A DNA stretch of 64,000 bases, taken from the NCBI GenBank assembly GCA_016186955.1, contig JACPKP010000003.1:66290-130289 (forward strand), given 5' to 3'. Both the position numbers and the translations under genes were made by a program. The DNA comes from Candidatus Daviesbacteria bacterium. GTDB taxonomy: Bacteria > Patescibacteriota > Microgenomatia > Daviesbacterales > UBA10151. The notes below the pieces were generated by a model that had not been told where the DNA came from, did no database searches, and was given only the letters and a program-made list of their open reading frames with translations. Of the stretch, positions 37,530-46,947 are shown piece by piece; the stretch's first letter is position 1, and every line of letters begins with the position of its first letter.

Positions 37530-39857
37530 CTATCTCTTTTGCATTAAAGTAACTTCTGCTTGACCGGTTTTGAATTTTTTGACATTTATAAATTTCCTGT
37601 TAATTTCATTTTTTACAACTTGGGATTCTTTATCATCAGTCCAGATATTCGTATCTACTAACCAAAACTCTTTTGCGGTGATATTTTCCTTTTTACCGCC
37701 AATATACTTGATTGTTTGGGGAGAAAATAGGTTTTTAGTAAGTAAAATATTTTCCCGCTTGGTATAAAAGTAGGTTGAATAAAAAGTAAGGGAGGAGGTA
37801 TGTGCAATGGGAATTTTTGGGTTCGAGTTTATAATTTGAATGATTGGCTTAATTTTTATTCCATTAAAAAAAGGACCCGTGAGTTGGATGAGAGAGGTAG
37901 AGCTTAGTAGGAACAGACATATAAGAATCAGTTTTTTAGATTTAAAAGACGCGAGACCCAAAGCCATAATCATTAAAAAAACCGGTGAATAAACCGAAAA
38001 CCCTTTCGGTGAAAAGATGGGTATAAAAAAACCCGCCCCGGATAACAATATAAGCGGGATACCATAAACCAGGCTTAAATAAAAACTTTTAATTAACCCT
38101 TTGAGAAATAAAACAAGGGAGACAATTGTCAGAGGGATAAATAAAAACAAGTAATACCATGGTAATTTTGGGAAATTGCGCAAGGTAACTTCTCCGATCC
38201 CCCCCAGGGTTGGTGAGGCGAGAGATGCCGGCAATGACAATATACTATTGGGGCAGGAGCAACCATTATGAGGTGTTTGTATTGAAAAGAAAAGCCATGG
38301 GATAAACAAGATTACTTCAATCATCAAAATGACAAACCATCTACTGCGAAGCTGCGGTTTTTTCACCAGTAAAAATAAAGTTAAAGGAAAGAAAATCAAT
38401 ATTACATAAAATTGTGTATATAACCCCAAAATAGAAACCAAAACAAATAAAATAGTATATTTAAAGTCAGGTTTCTCAAATAGTTTAAGAAAAGATAAAC
38501 ACATTGCGCTGATAAAAAAAATGGCCATGGAATGAAGCCTGGCAGTGGTTGCGAGATAAACTGTAAGAGGGGAAAGCGAAAATAATGCGGCCGCAAGGCT
38601 TGCCGCTTTTTTATTGAAGTCTGCCGAAAACCGTGGACTATTAGTCCACGGATGAAGGCGACGGAAAGAAGCGATTTCTGAAAGAAACCGCTCCGATGTA
38701 CATCGGAGCGGAGCTTCATTAAATCTCTGGGTAATTTTAAACAGTAACAAAATAGTTGCTAAATTAAATAATAGTGAAGGCAGCCTTAAAAAAACCTCAT
38801 TACTGTTGACCTTTAGCCAAAAATGCATCAGGGTATAATACAAAGGAGGATTATTGTCCGTTAAAACAGCCTCAAAAACTGTTTTTAATGGAAGTTTTGC
38901 AATATGGTATGTAAAGGCTTCATCAAACCAGAAATCATGGGATATCAGAGCATAAATCCGGAAAAATAAACCTAAGAAAAAAGATAGAATAAGAATCTTA
39001 GTTTCAAACCGGCTGTTTTTAAAGTTCCACCAAAAACCCCACCACCGCTCATTTAAAGTATTTCTTTTTTTAAAAACTAACAGGTAAAAAGGTGCAATAA
39101 ATAATTGAAAAATTGTAACAACAATTTTTTGCGGTAGATTACCGTAAGTATATATAATACTGAAAGTGGCCTTGTAATAATAATGATATTTTAAAGGGAA
39201 GTATGTCGGAGTTGATTTGCTTTTGCCATGATAAACAAAGGTATCCGGGAAATAGACAATTTTGCCGCCTTTTTTTTTAATCCTCAGGCTAAAATCAGGG
39301 TCATCTCCATAAAAAAAATATTTTTTATCAATTAACCCAATTTTTTTCAGGGTTTTTTGGGGAAAAATATGAACCAGCCCTTCCAAATAATCAAATTTTT
39401 GGCCCTCATTTTTAATAATTACCGGAGTTACTAACCCGGTATAGAAATTAATATTTATGGTTGGCGGGAGCAACCGGTGGGAGTCTTTAGCATAAACTTT
39501 GACACCCAAAAGGGCAATGTCCGGATCCCGGTTGAATTTCTCAACTACTTTAACAAAGAAACCCTTTGAAACTGTTACATCGGACTGTATGGAAAAAATC
39601 AACTCTCCGCGGGCTTCCTTATAACCGATATTAAATGCCGGCATCCCTAAGTTTTTAGGCAGTTGAATAACTTGAACTCTCGGGAAAAAATGTTTGATTT
39701 TAGAGCATGTCTGATCAGTTGAGGCGTTATCCACAACAATTATTTCGTATTTATTTTTGGGGTAATCTGCCCTATTTATTGAATATAGAAGATTTGAGAC
39801 ATCGCGCTTACTATTCCATGTTAAAATGACAACAGAAACAAAAGGAAACCTAGTCAT
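37530..39857 (-). CDS. Fusion protein: N-terminal GT2 glycosyltransferase plus C-terminal ArnT/PMT-like GT-C membrane domain (775 aa)
   Basis: N-terminus FPFVSVVILTWNS...IIVVDNASTDQT...SIQSDV (GT2). C-terminus from aa ~290, FWFDEAFTYHIAKLP...DNNPPLYY, is collinear with the whole of 40422..41780, with the DE motif in the first loop. Confidence 0.65.
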   Translation of the reverse strand: MTRFPFVSVVILTWNSKRDVSNLLYSINRADYPKNKYEIIVVDNASTDQTCSKIKHFFPRVQVIQLPKNLGMPAFNIGYKEARGELIFSIQSDVTVSKGFFVKVVEKFNRDPDIALLGVKVYAKDSHRLLPPTININFYTGLVTPVIIKNEGQKFDYLEGLVHIFPQKTLKKIGLIDKKYFFYGDDPDFSLRIKKKGGKIVYFPDTFVYHGKSKSTPTYFPLKYHYYYKATFSIIYTYGNLPQKIVVTIFQLFIAPFYLLVFKKRNTLNERWWGFWWNFKNSRFETKILILSFFLGLFFRIYALISHDFWFDEAFTYHIAKLPLKTVFEAVLTDNNPPLYYTLMHFWLKVNSNEVFLRLPSLLFNLATILLLFKITQRFNEAPLRCTSERFLSEIASFRRLHPWTNSPRFSADFNKKAASLAAALFSLSPLTVYLATTARLHSMAIFFISAMCLSFLKLFEKPDFKYTILFVLVSILGLYTQFYVILIFFPLTLFLLVKKPQLRSRWFVILMIEVILFIPWLFFSIQTPHNGCSCPNSILSLPASLASPTLGGIGEVTLRNFPKLPWYYLFLFIPLTIVSLVLFLKGLIKSFYLSLVYGIPLILLSGAGFFIPIFSPKGFSVYSPVFLMIMALGLASFKSKKLILICLFLLSSTSLIQLTGPFFNGIKIKPIIQIINSNPKIPIAHTSSLTFYSTYFYTKRENILLTKNLFSPQTIKYIGGKKENITAKEFWLVDTNIWTDDKESQVVKNEINRKFINVKKFKTGQAEVTLMQKR
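38588..38711. repeat. Cluster of perfect small palindromes inside the CDS: CCGTGGACTATTAGTCCACGG at 38631-38651, CCGCTCCGATGTACATCGGAGCGG at 38688-38711, and GCAAGGCTTGC. Corresponds to an insertion of about 35 aa relative to the paralog
   Basis: Read directly. The paralog 40422..41780 lacks the segment APLRCTSERFLSEIASFRRLHPWTNSPRFSADFN. Confidence 0.65.
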
Positions 39858-40404
39858 ATTTTTTAATGGGTTTTAACATAAAAATTATTTCGGTTGAGGG
39901 AAAAATCCAGCAGAAAAAATATTCATATATTTTTCTGGTAAAGTCGTTAATATTGACAATATATTCAAAGGGTTTATAAGGTAAGGCAAATATAATCATT
40001 TTTTTTATCAAATTGAATCTGATTTTTGGATTATAGCCGGACATGGTTGAAAGGTAAGTCCCTTTTATATAAAAATCAAGGCTTCTTGAGGAAAAAAAAG
40101 TTTTGTGAGTGAGGTCTGTGTACATCCCTTCAGAGGTATAGTGGGGGACTCTGATAAAAATCTCCCCCTCACTTTTACAGATGCGCCAGCATTCTTCGAT
40201 GAGTCGTTTGGCATTTACTACATGTTCAAAAGCATGGTTTGAATAAATAAAATCAGCATAATTTTTGGGAAAAGGGAGTGATTTTTCCAGATTATGCACA
40301 ATGTCTACAGATTTATGTTTTATACAGTCAACACCAATAACTTTCTCACCCCTTTTGGGTTTTAATTTATCATTACCACAACCTAAATCCAAAATGATTT
40401 TCAT
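39850..40404 (-). CDS. Class I SAM-dependent methyltransferase (Methyltransf_11-like)
   Basis: KIILDLGCGNDK...VIGVDC. 184 aa. Confidence 0.65.
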   Translation of the reverse strand: MKIILDLGCGNDKLKPKRGEKVIGVDCIKHKSVDIVHNLEKSLPFPKNYADFIYSNHAFEHVVNAKRLIEECWRICKSEGEIFIRVPHYTSEGMYTDLTHKTFFSSRSLDFYIKGTYLSTMSGYNPKIRFNLIKKMIIFALPYKPFEYIVNINDFTRKIYEYFFCWIFPSTEIIFMLKPIKKYD

Positions 40405-40421
40405 TATTTAGCGGATTTTGT

Positions 40422-41780
40422 TCATTTAAGTTTAAGGTATTCTACAGAAATATTATCTACCCTGAACGCTTTTTCTATAATGAAATTTTGGCTTACTTGT
40501 TTTAAGACTTCAGCCCTCTCTTTTGGGTCAACCCAGATTTTTGTGTCAACAAACCACGCGTTTGAGCGTGGAAGCTCCGGTTTTTTGCCGCCAACGATAT
40601 AAAAAACCGTTGCCGGGGAAAGCGGGTTTTTTGTAAGTAAAATATTCTGTTTGTTTAAATAGTAATTTATTGAATAATATGTATAAGGGGAGGTGTGCAC
40701 TATAGGCAAGCTGTCCCCGGATACAATATCCGCTACAGACTGCAGCCTGTCACTTTTAAAAAATGGGTGTGTCAGTTGAATAATTGAAACACTAAAAATC
40801 AATACTAATATAACCATAGCAACCACTTTTTTGCTGGTTCCCTGAGCCAATATTAAAAAAAATAAGGGGTTGAACACCCCAAAAGCTTTTGGGGAAAATA
40901 CAGTAAAGAAACTTCCCAAAATTGTTAAAATTGCCAATGGAATCAAGAATATTGATGATAAAAAGGATTGTCTTAAGCCTTTTAAAAAAATGATAAAAGT
41001 TAAAATGGCTGTCACTGAAAAAAGAATTATTAGTGCAAAAGGAAGAGTAGGAAAAGCTCTCAGTGTTATGAGTCCCACACCTCCAATAATTGGTGAAACC
41101 AAAGATGCGGGAAGTGATAAGAGTGCAACCGGGCAAGCACATTCACTATGATTGATTAGCGCAGAAAGATATAGCCAGGGCAATAAGGGGACTGTAATGG
41201 TTGCCAAAATTCCAGCCCAAATTTTTTTACTAAAGCCTGCTTTAAAAGCCAACCAGGAGAAAGGCAGCAATAAAAGCATTAAATAATACTGGGTATAAGC
41301 GCTAATAATTCCAAAAAGAGTAAAGAAAACATAATTTTTAAGCACCCTTTTTTTTAACAGAGAGAAAAACAAGCTTGTTAAAAAAATCGCTTCTAACATC
41401 CCCAATGCGTGCAACCGGGCTTCTGTTGCCATATAAATTGTCAAAGGAGAAACGGCAAATAACATCGCCGCAATCAACCTGGTGGATCTTCCGATTTGAT
41501 TTCTAAATTGGAAATAAATTATCTGCATTGCTGCCAAACTGAAAAGCAGCGAAGGTATACGCAGAAGTATTTGATTGCTGCCCAGTTTTAAAACAAAATG
41601 AATTATGAGGTAATAAAAAGGGGGGTTGTTATCTGAAAGGGCAGCAGGGAAAAATTGGTTCAGCGGTAACCTGGCCAGGTGGTAGGTAAATGCTTCATCA
41701 TACCAAAACGCCCGTTGGTTTATTGCTAATACCCGGAGTAATATTCCCAGCATAAAAACCAGCACGAAAGTCTTATCCAT
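40422..41780 (-). CDS. ArnT/PMT-like GT-C membrane glycosyltransferase; paralog of the C-terminal half of 37530..39857
   Basis: AFWYDEAFTYHLARLP...DNNPPFYY. About 12 TM helices. Confidence 0.55.
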   Translation of the reverse strand: MDKTFVLVFMLGILLRVLAINQRAFWYDEAFTYHLARLPLNQFFPAALSDNNPPFYYLIIHFVLKLGSNQILLRIPSLLFSLAAMQIIYFQFRNQIGRSTRLIAAMLFAVSPLTIYMATEARLHALGMLEAIFLTSLFFSLLKKRVLKNYVFFTLFGIISAYTQYYLMLLLLPFSWLAFKAGFSKKIWAGILATITVPLLPWLYLSALINHSECACPVALLSLPASLVSPIIGGVGLITLRAFPTLPFALIILFSVTAILTFIIFLKGLRQSFLSSIFLIPLAILTILGSFFTVFSPKAFGVFNPLFFLILAQGTSKKVVAMVILVLIFSVSIIQLTHPFFKSDRLQSVADIVSGDSLPIVHTSPYTYYSINYYLNKQNILLTKNPLSPATVFYIVGGKKPELPRSNAWFVDTKIWVDPKERAEVLKQVSQNFIIEKAFRVDNISVEYLKLK

Positions 41781-42555
41781 TTTTAATGCTGATAATAAAT
41801 GAACAACTGGGGATATTTTTTAGCTCAGGTAATATTTTGATGACTTTGCCGTAATTTACAGGCAAAGTCCAAACGCCTTTAAAAACAATGTGCAACCCGG
41901 CAATTTTGAACATTTTTTCCAGCTGTTTTTCTGAAATAGGTTGCTCAATAGGTTGGTGGGTAACATGCAGCAGTTTGGTCGCCAATTTATGGACTGTCAA
42001 GGCACAAGGGATAGGCAATGGTTTATGGACTGTCAAAACCTGTATCTTGGCAACCCGGGCCATCTCATTGATTGCTTTTTGAGGATTTGGGAAATGTTCT
42101 AAACTTCCTGCAGAAATTGCCACATCAAAGGTATTATCTAAGAAAGGCAGGTTTTGAGCGTCAGCCAACACTAAATACTTTGCGCCATTCTTTTTGGCTT
42201 TTTTTAAAGCATTTAGTGAAAATTCTACCCCTACAGTTTCCGGTGCAAGTTTTTCAATCAAGCCCTCCCCGCATGCTATATCAACTGTTTTATTACCCCG
42301 GGCAATCGTTGCCAAAATTTCATATGAACCGTCATTTGGTCCGCCGAAGGTTGTTTGGTGCATTTTATCGTACTCAGCCAGGGATTTTTTTGAAACATTT
42401 CCCGAATAAAGCAAGTTCCAGATGCCGTCTATTTTTGGGTATGTATTATGGCATCTTTTACAGCTGGCTTTTAGTTCCTTAATAGTGAAGGCTATTTTAC
42501 ATTTCGGGCATGCCAGGTAATTTATAAACCATTTGTTATCCATTGTTTCGGGCAT
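41773..42555 (-). CDS. SAM-dependent methyltransferase with N-terminal Trm112-like zinc ribbon
   Basis: CPKCK...CKRC...YPKIDGIWNLL, then DIACGEGL and VGVEFS. Confidence 0.65.
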   Translation of the reverse strand: MPETMDNKWFINYLACPKCKIAFTIKELKASCKRCHNTYPKIDGIWNLLYSGNVSKKSLAEYDKMHQTTFGGPNDGSYEILATIARGNKTVDIACGEGLIEKLAPETVGVEFSLNALKKAKKNGAKYLVLADAQNLPFLDNTFDVAISAGSLEHFPNPQKAINEMARVAKIQVLTVHKPLPIPCALTVHKLATKLLHVTHQPIEQPISEKQLEKMFKIAGLHIVFKGVWTLPVNYGKVIKILPELKNIPSCSFIISIKNG

Positions 42556-43426
42556 TTAAGGTTTTTTTAAGGTTTAAAATATTCCAGAAAAAGCCTTTTA
42601 AAAGCGGGACTAGCCGGCCTTCTTTAAAATGTATTACATTGAAAGGCATTACCAAAAATATCTGAATCAGTAAAATGTTTATTATATTAGCAGGCGGCAT
42701 GTGTTTGAGTATAAATCTGAACTTATTTTTGTACCACTGGTAATATTTTTCAGGTTTATTTTTATTCATCGTGACAGTATTACCGTGCCAAAATTTTGCC
42801 TCAGGAAGACAAGTGACTTGAAACCCTGATTCTCTTGCCCTAAAACAAAAATCAATATCTTCAAAATAGATTAATGAAAACCCTTCATCTACAAGTCCAA
42901 TCTTGTTGATAACTTTTTTGGGTACCATCATACAACATCCTTGAACCCAATCAGGTTCTTTTGATTGGTCAGGATTTTTAGCCATGTATATTTGTCCGGT
43001 CCATCTATTAAACATAAACCCGGCAGAAATAATTTTTTTGGGGTTGGATTTTAAAAATATCTTTCCTCCCAAAACCCCAACTTCTGGATTTTGTTTTAGG
43101 TAGTCTGTCATAATTTTGAAGCTGTCTTTTCCAAAAACCACGTCGTCGTTGGTGATTAGAATATATTGACCGGTTGATTTTTTAATGCCTTGGTTGATAG
43201 CTTTTGCAAAACCCAAATTAGTTTTATTTTTTATAAGTTTAACTTTAGGAAATTTTATTTTAATCTTTAAATCAGACCCGTCTGTGGAATTGTTATCTAT
43301 GACAATAACCTCCAATTGAGACTTTGGGTAATTAAGGTTTTTAATGGATTTAAGGCAATCAAGGGGTTCTTTGCCGCCATTGAAGTTTGGGAATATGATT
43401 GAAATTTTAGGTGATGTCATCCCCAA
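42536..43426 (-). CDS. Glycosyltransferase family 2; paralog of 31408..32313
   Basis: ISIIFPNFNG...LEVIVIDNNSTDGS...ILITNDDVVFGKD. Confidence 0.7.
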   Translation of the reverse strand: MGMTSPKISIIFPNFNGGKEPLDCLKSIKNLNYPKSQLEVIVIDNNSTDGSDLKIKIKFPKVKLIKNKTNLGFAKAINQGIKKSTGQYILITNDDVVFGKDSFKIMTDYLKQNPEVGVLGGKIFLKSNPKKIISAGFMFNRWTGQIYMAKNPDQSKEPDWVQGCCMMVPKKVINKIGLVDEGFSLIYFEDIDFCFRARESGFQVTCLPEAKFWHGNTVTMNKNKPEKYYQWYKNKFRFILKHMPPANIINILLIQIFLVMPFNVIHFKEGRLVPLLKGFFWNILNLKKTLNARNNG

Positions 43427-43435
43427 AATACTAAC

Positions 43436-44461
43436 CTAAATCAGTTTATTTTTCCAGGTGGTGGGAGTTGATCCGGTGGTCAGTTCAAGTTTATCAAGAT
43501 ATTGAAACTTTTGTGGGCCCACACTTTTGGCCCATTCCACCATTTTTGCCACACCCTCCTTCAGGGGTGTTTGGTTTTTAAAACCTAAAAGTTTTTTGGC
43601 TTTTGTATCGGTTGAATATGCCATTTTGACTTCCTGGGGTCGGTCTGGAACAAAAATAGGTTTTAGGTGTTTTGGGATATCGTTTAAATTTGTTACAAAA
43701 TGGGATAGTATTTCATTTGCCAGTTCATTGATGGTGTATTCTTTGGATGGGCCGACATTAATTATCTCCCCGGCGGTTTTTGATAAAAAACCAGCATTGG
43801 CTATATAAGGGGTGACATCATCAATAAAGCTGAAAGCCCTTTTTTGCTGCCCATCACCATAAATATAAAAATTTTTACCTTGCATCAGGCAGTTTATAAA
43901 AATTGCCACTACATTTCTGTAGGGATCAGCCAGGTTTTGCTTTGGGCCAAAGACATTATGGGGCCTAATGATAGTGTATTCAAAGCCATAGACTTGGGAT
44001 AAAACTTTGGTTGCATCTTCCATAGCAGCTTTTGATATCCCGTATATATCTACAGGTTTTTTGGGTATGTTTTCTGAGAAGGGAGGTTTTTGGTCACCAT
44101 AAACACTCATGGAAGAGGTCATCACCACCCTTTTGGTTTTAGCTTTAACTGCACCCACTAAAATGTTAAGCGAGGCATTCAAATTACGCTCCGTTGCCCT
44201 GACCGGAGTGAATTGGCTTCTGCCTTCTGTTGCATCAGCAGCCAGATGGTAGATAAGTTGAGGTTTGATTTTGACAATCAAAGCAACTGTTTTGGGGGTA
44301 TTTCTAAGATCCAGTTTGGTAAATATACTCTTGGGGTTTACATTGCGCATGTAGCCGCCCGAAAGATCGTCCACCCCATAAACTTGATGTCCTATCCTGA
44401 TGAGATGATCAACTAAGTGCGAACCCATAAATCCAGCAGAGCCTGTGATAAATATACGCAT
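43436..44461 (-). CDS. NAD-dependent epimerase/dehydratase (UDP-sugar 4-epimerase or dehydratase-like extended SDR)
   Basis: IFITGSAGFMGSHL. Catalytic SSMSVYGD ... YGISKAAME (YxxxK). Confidence 0.65.
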   Translation of the reverse strand: MRIFITGSAGFMGSHLVDHLIRIGHQVYGVDDLSGGYMRNVNPKSIFTKLDLRNTPKTVALIVKIKPQLIYHLAADATEGRSQFTPVRATERNLNASLNILVGAVKAKTKRVVMTSSMSVYGDQKPPFSENIPKKPVDIYGISKAAMEDATKVLSQVYGFEYTIIRPHNVFGPKQNLADPYRNVVAIFINCLMQGKNFYIYGDGQQKRAFSFIDDVTPYIANAGFLSKTAGEIINVGPSKEYTINELANEILSHFVTNLNDIPKHLKPIFVPDRPQEVKMAYSTDTKAKKLLGFKNQTPLKEGVAKMVEWAKSVGPQKFQYLDKLELTTGSTPTTWKNKLI

Positions 44462-44496
44462 AATTCAAAATGCAAAATTCAAAAGGTAAAAGTACA

Positions 44497-44531
44497 ATTC
44501 AAAAGTAAAAAGCTTTCAAACTTTTGAATTT
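44497..44531 (-). terminator. Hairpin (11-bp stem AATTCAAAAGT/ACTTTTGAATT) followed by a T-run on the minus strand; putative intrinsic terminator of the methyltransferase gene 44531..45775
   Basis: Perfect inverted repeat in the 69-nt gap. The minus-strand downstream sequence is T-rich. Confidence 0.45.
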
Positions 44532-45775
44532 TAACTTGAAATTTTAACTTTTGATTTTTGACCTTTGACTTTTTCAGGGTATAGTTTCGCCATTTGCTCC
44601 CTTGAGAATAGCATAAAGATGCCGTTTTTGCTTTTGTAAGTTGTTTTGCAGATGGGACATGAAAGAGTTTTGGTGGATTTATGGTAATTTAAGCCTGGTT
44701 TCTGTTTACAATTGGGACAAGCTAAAAGTTCAAATAATTTCTGTTCAGAAAGTCGCTCGCCACCTTCAAAAAAACCGCGAGTCCTTCCACGCGACTCGCT
44801 TGGAGTTTGTCTCGCGCCGTAAAAGTTCTCGGATGTGATGTTATGTGGTGCGCTCGACTGCACTACATTTTTTTGAATTGGTGGCTTCGCTTCTTTCTCT
44901 GATTTTTTGCATAAAGCCTCTATTCCTCCGCCTAAAATCTGCAAAAGGATGTTTTTATATAATGGGGGATTGAGCCAGCCCCGTACCGGATGGTACTGGG
45001 GCCAACCTTTTTTTGGTGTTTTGATTTGCACACTAATTGGGCCATAAGGGAAAGCCTTTAATGTGGCTTGAACTGCATCAAATACATTTAGGGTTTTTTC
45101 CCAGGTTTTTAAAGAAAAAGCTTCCTCTAAGATATTATTTTCAATCTCACTTTTGCCTATTTTGGAAATGAAATGCAAGACAAGCAAGCTCCTGAGGATT
45201 TTTTCAAACCAGCGCAAGTTCCTGTCCCTTTGCCATAAATTCAAGTTGATCATTTGGGCAACTGGCTCTTCATTAAAATAAAAATAACCTCCCGGCGCCA
45301 ACACCCTATATATCTCTTCCAAAACCGGTTTTGGGTCAGGAAAATGATGGAGTGTTTCAACAGTGAATATAAACGGTAGGGAGTTTGTTTTAAATGGCAA
45401 ATTATAAACATCACAGCAAACCCGAAACGGCATTTTTTTAAAATGCAGCTTGTCTTTATAGTGGTTAGCAAGTAGAAGCGTGTCATATGAGATGTCTGTG
45501 GCAAATCCCTGGGTTTTATATTGATCTTCCAAAAACATTGCCCCTTGCCCAATTCCTGAGCCAATTTCTAAATATGGCTCCAAAGTCATTTCATGTGAAA
45601 TTAAAGATTTAAAATATCTTTTGTAATCTTTAACCCTGCCGCGGATTATAGATAAATTTTGTTTATAAGATGGTTCACCAGGATACATAACTTCCTGCCC
45701 TGCAAATTGTTTAGCCAGCTTACGCCTGAAGTTTACTTCTCCCTGTTGGTTTCTCAGGTTTTGCAGGTTTGACAT
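44531..45775 (-). CDS. SAM-dependent methyltransferase with C-terminal Trm112-like zinc ribbon
   Basis: EIGSGIGQGAMFL motif I. C-terminal CPNCK...CPICK...NGIFMLF. Confidence 0.6.
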   Translation of the reverse strand: MSNLQNLRNQQGEVNFRRKLAKQFAGQEVMYPGEPSYKQNLSIIRGRVKDYKRYFKSLISHEMTLEPYLEIGSGIGQGAMFLEDQYKTQGFATDISYDTLLLANHYKDKLHFKKMPFRVCCDVYNLPFKTNSLPFIFTVETLHHFPDPKPVLEEIYRVLAPGGYFYFNEEPVAQMINLNLWQRDRNLRWFEKILRSLLVLHFISKIGKSEIENNILEEAFSLKTWEKTLNVFDAVQATLKAFPYGPISVQIKTPKKGWPQYHPVRGWLNPPLYKNILLQILGGGIEALCKKSEKEAKPPIQKNVVQSSAPHNITSENFYGARQTPSESRGRTRGFFEGGERLSEQKLFELLACPNCKQKPGLNYHKSTKTLSCPICKTTYKSKNGIFMLFSREQMAKLYPEKVKGQKSKVKISS

Positions 45776-45813
45776 TGCAGCAATTGTAACATTATGTATA
45801 ATCTAGAAAAATA

Positions 45814-46947
45814 ATGCACGTTTTATTGGTTAGTCCTTTAAATCCCAGAGGTTTTGTAAAAAAGTCAAAGCTTAGGTTTCTCAATGGCGAAAGTACTTAC
45901 ACCGAAGCTTTATTAAAAAATCCTCCCAAAGGGGTTGAGTATACTTTTTACTCGGATGCCCTGAAAAAAGGGTGGATTAAACATACATTGTGGCAAAAAC
46001 CCCTTAACTGGTTAATCAAGTTCAGAGTTTTACCCCTCTCCCCGCAAATTATTTGTTTTAAACTCAGAAAAAATTTCGACCTTGTCCATTCCTTAGGCCA
46101 TGGTCTAAAAATTTCAGGAAATCACCCGCCTGTTGTGCTTGCAGATTCATCAGGTAATTATCAAATGGTTAAAGGGTACATGGGGTGGGGTGAAGCAAGG
46201 ATTAAAGTAACCTATTTGATTAAAAGGTTTGTTGTAAAATTTTTAAAATTATACGACCAGGAGTTAAATATTAAAGATGCAAGACTGATTGTTTGGTCGG
46301 AAGCTTCTAAAAAAGATCATATCAGGTTTGGAATTAAAGAAAATAGGATTATAACCATCCCGCCAGGACTGCATAAACCCCTTAAAATGAGGAAAAAAAT
46401 TCCATCTCTATTTAACATCCTTTTTATAGGCACATGGTTTGAAAGGAAGGGTGGAAATATTTTATTAAAAGTTTATGAGCAGCTGGTTAAAAGATACCCC
46501 GGAATAAGCCTGACCATAGTTACAAATATACCTAGTAATACCAAACTGCCTGAAAATACCTACCACCGGGATTTTCTTCCCAGAAAGGAGATATTTGAAT
46601 CACTTTACCCAAAAGGTAGTGTACTTGTACTGGTTCCGCCCAAAGCAGAAGGGTTTGGGCTAACGGTTTTGGAGGCTGCATCCTTCGGGATTCCTGCAAT
46701 TGTTTCCAGGGTGTATGCTTTACCGGAAGTGGTGGAGGATGGCAAAAACGGTTTTTTAATTAAGCCGGGAAGTATTAAGGAACTTGAAAAGGCGCTGGAA
46801 AAATTAATTACTAACCCTGAACTTACAGCAAAGATGGGAAGGGAGGCAAAAAAGAAATTTTTAAAGCATTTCTGGATTAAACAGACTAACAAAAAATTAT
46901 TTAAAGTTTACAAAGAAGCCTTCTATAACAGTAAGCATAGACTCTAA
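45814..46947 (+). CDS. Glycosyltransferase family 4
   Basis: FGLTVLEAASFGIPAIVSRVYALPEVVEDGKNGFL. Confidence 0.7.
   Translation: MHVLLVSPLNPRGFVKKSKLRFLNGESTYTEALLKNPPKGVEYTFYSDALKKGWIKHTLWQKPLNWLIKFRVLPLSPQIICFKLRKNFDLVHSLGHGLKISGNHPPVVLADSSGNYQMVKGYMGWGEARIKVTYLIKRFVVKFLKLYDQELNIKDARLIVWSEASKKDHIRFGIKENRIITIPPGLHKPLKMRKKIPSLFNILFIGTWFERKGGNILLKVYEQLVKRYPGISLTIVTNIPSNTKLPENTYHRDFLPRKEIFESLYPKGSVLVLVPPKAEGFGLTVLEAASFGIPAIVSRVYALPEVVEDGKNGFLIKPGSIKELEKALEKLITNPELTAKMGREAKKKFLKHFWIKQTNKKLFKVYKEAFYNSKHRL

Noticed and set aside
44462-44560. A CRISPR-like array suggested by the repeated AATTCAAAAG units
   Set aside because: The repeats are only 9-10 nt with irregular spacers of 2-11 nt, the region totals under 100 bp, and there are no cas genes.
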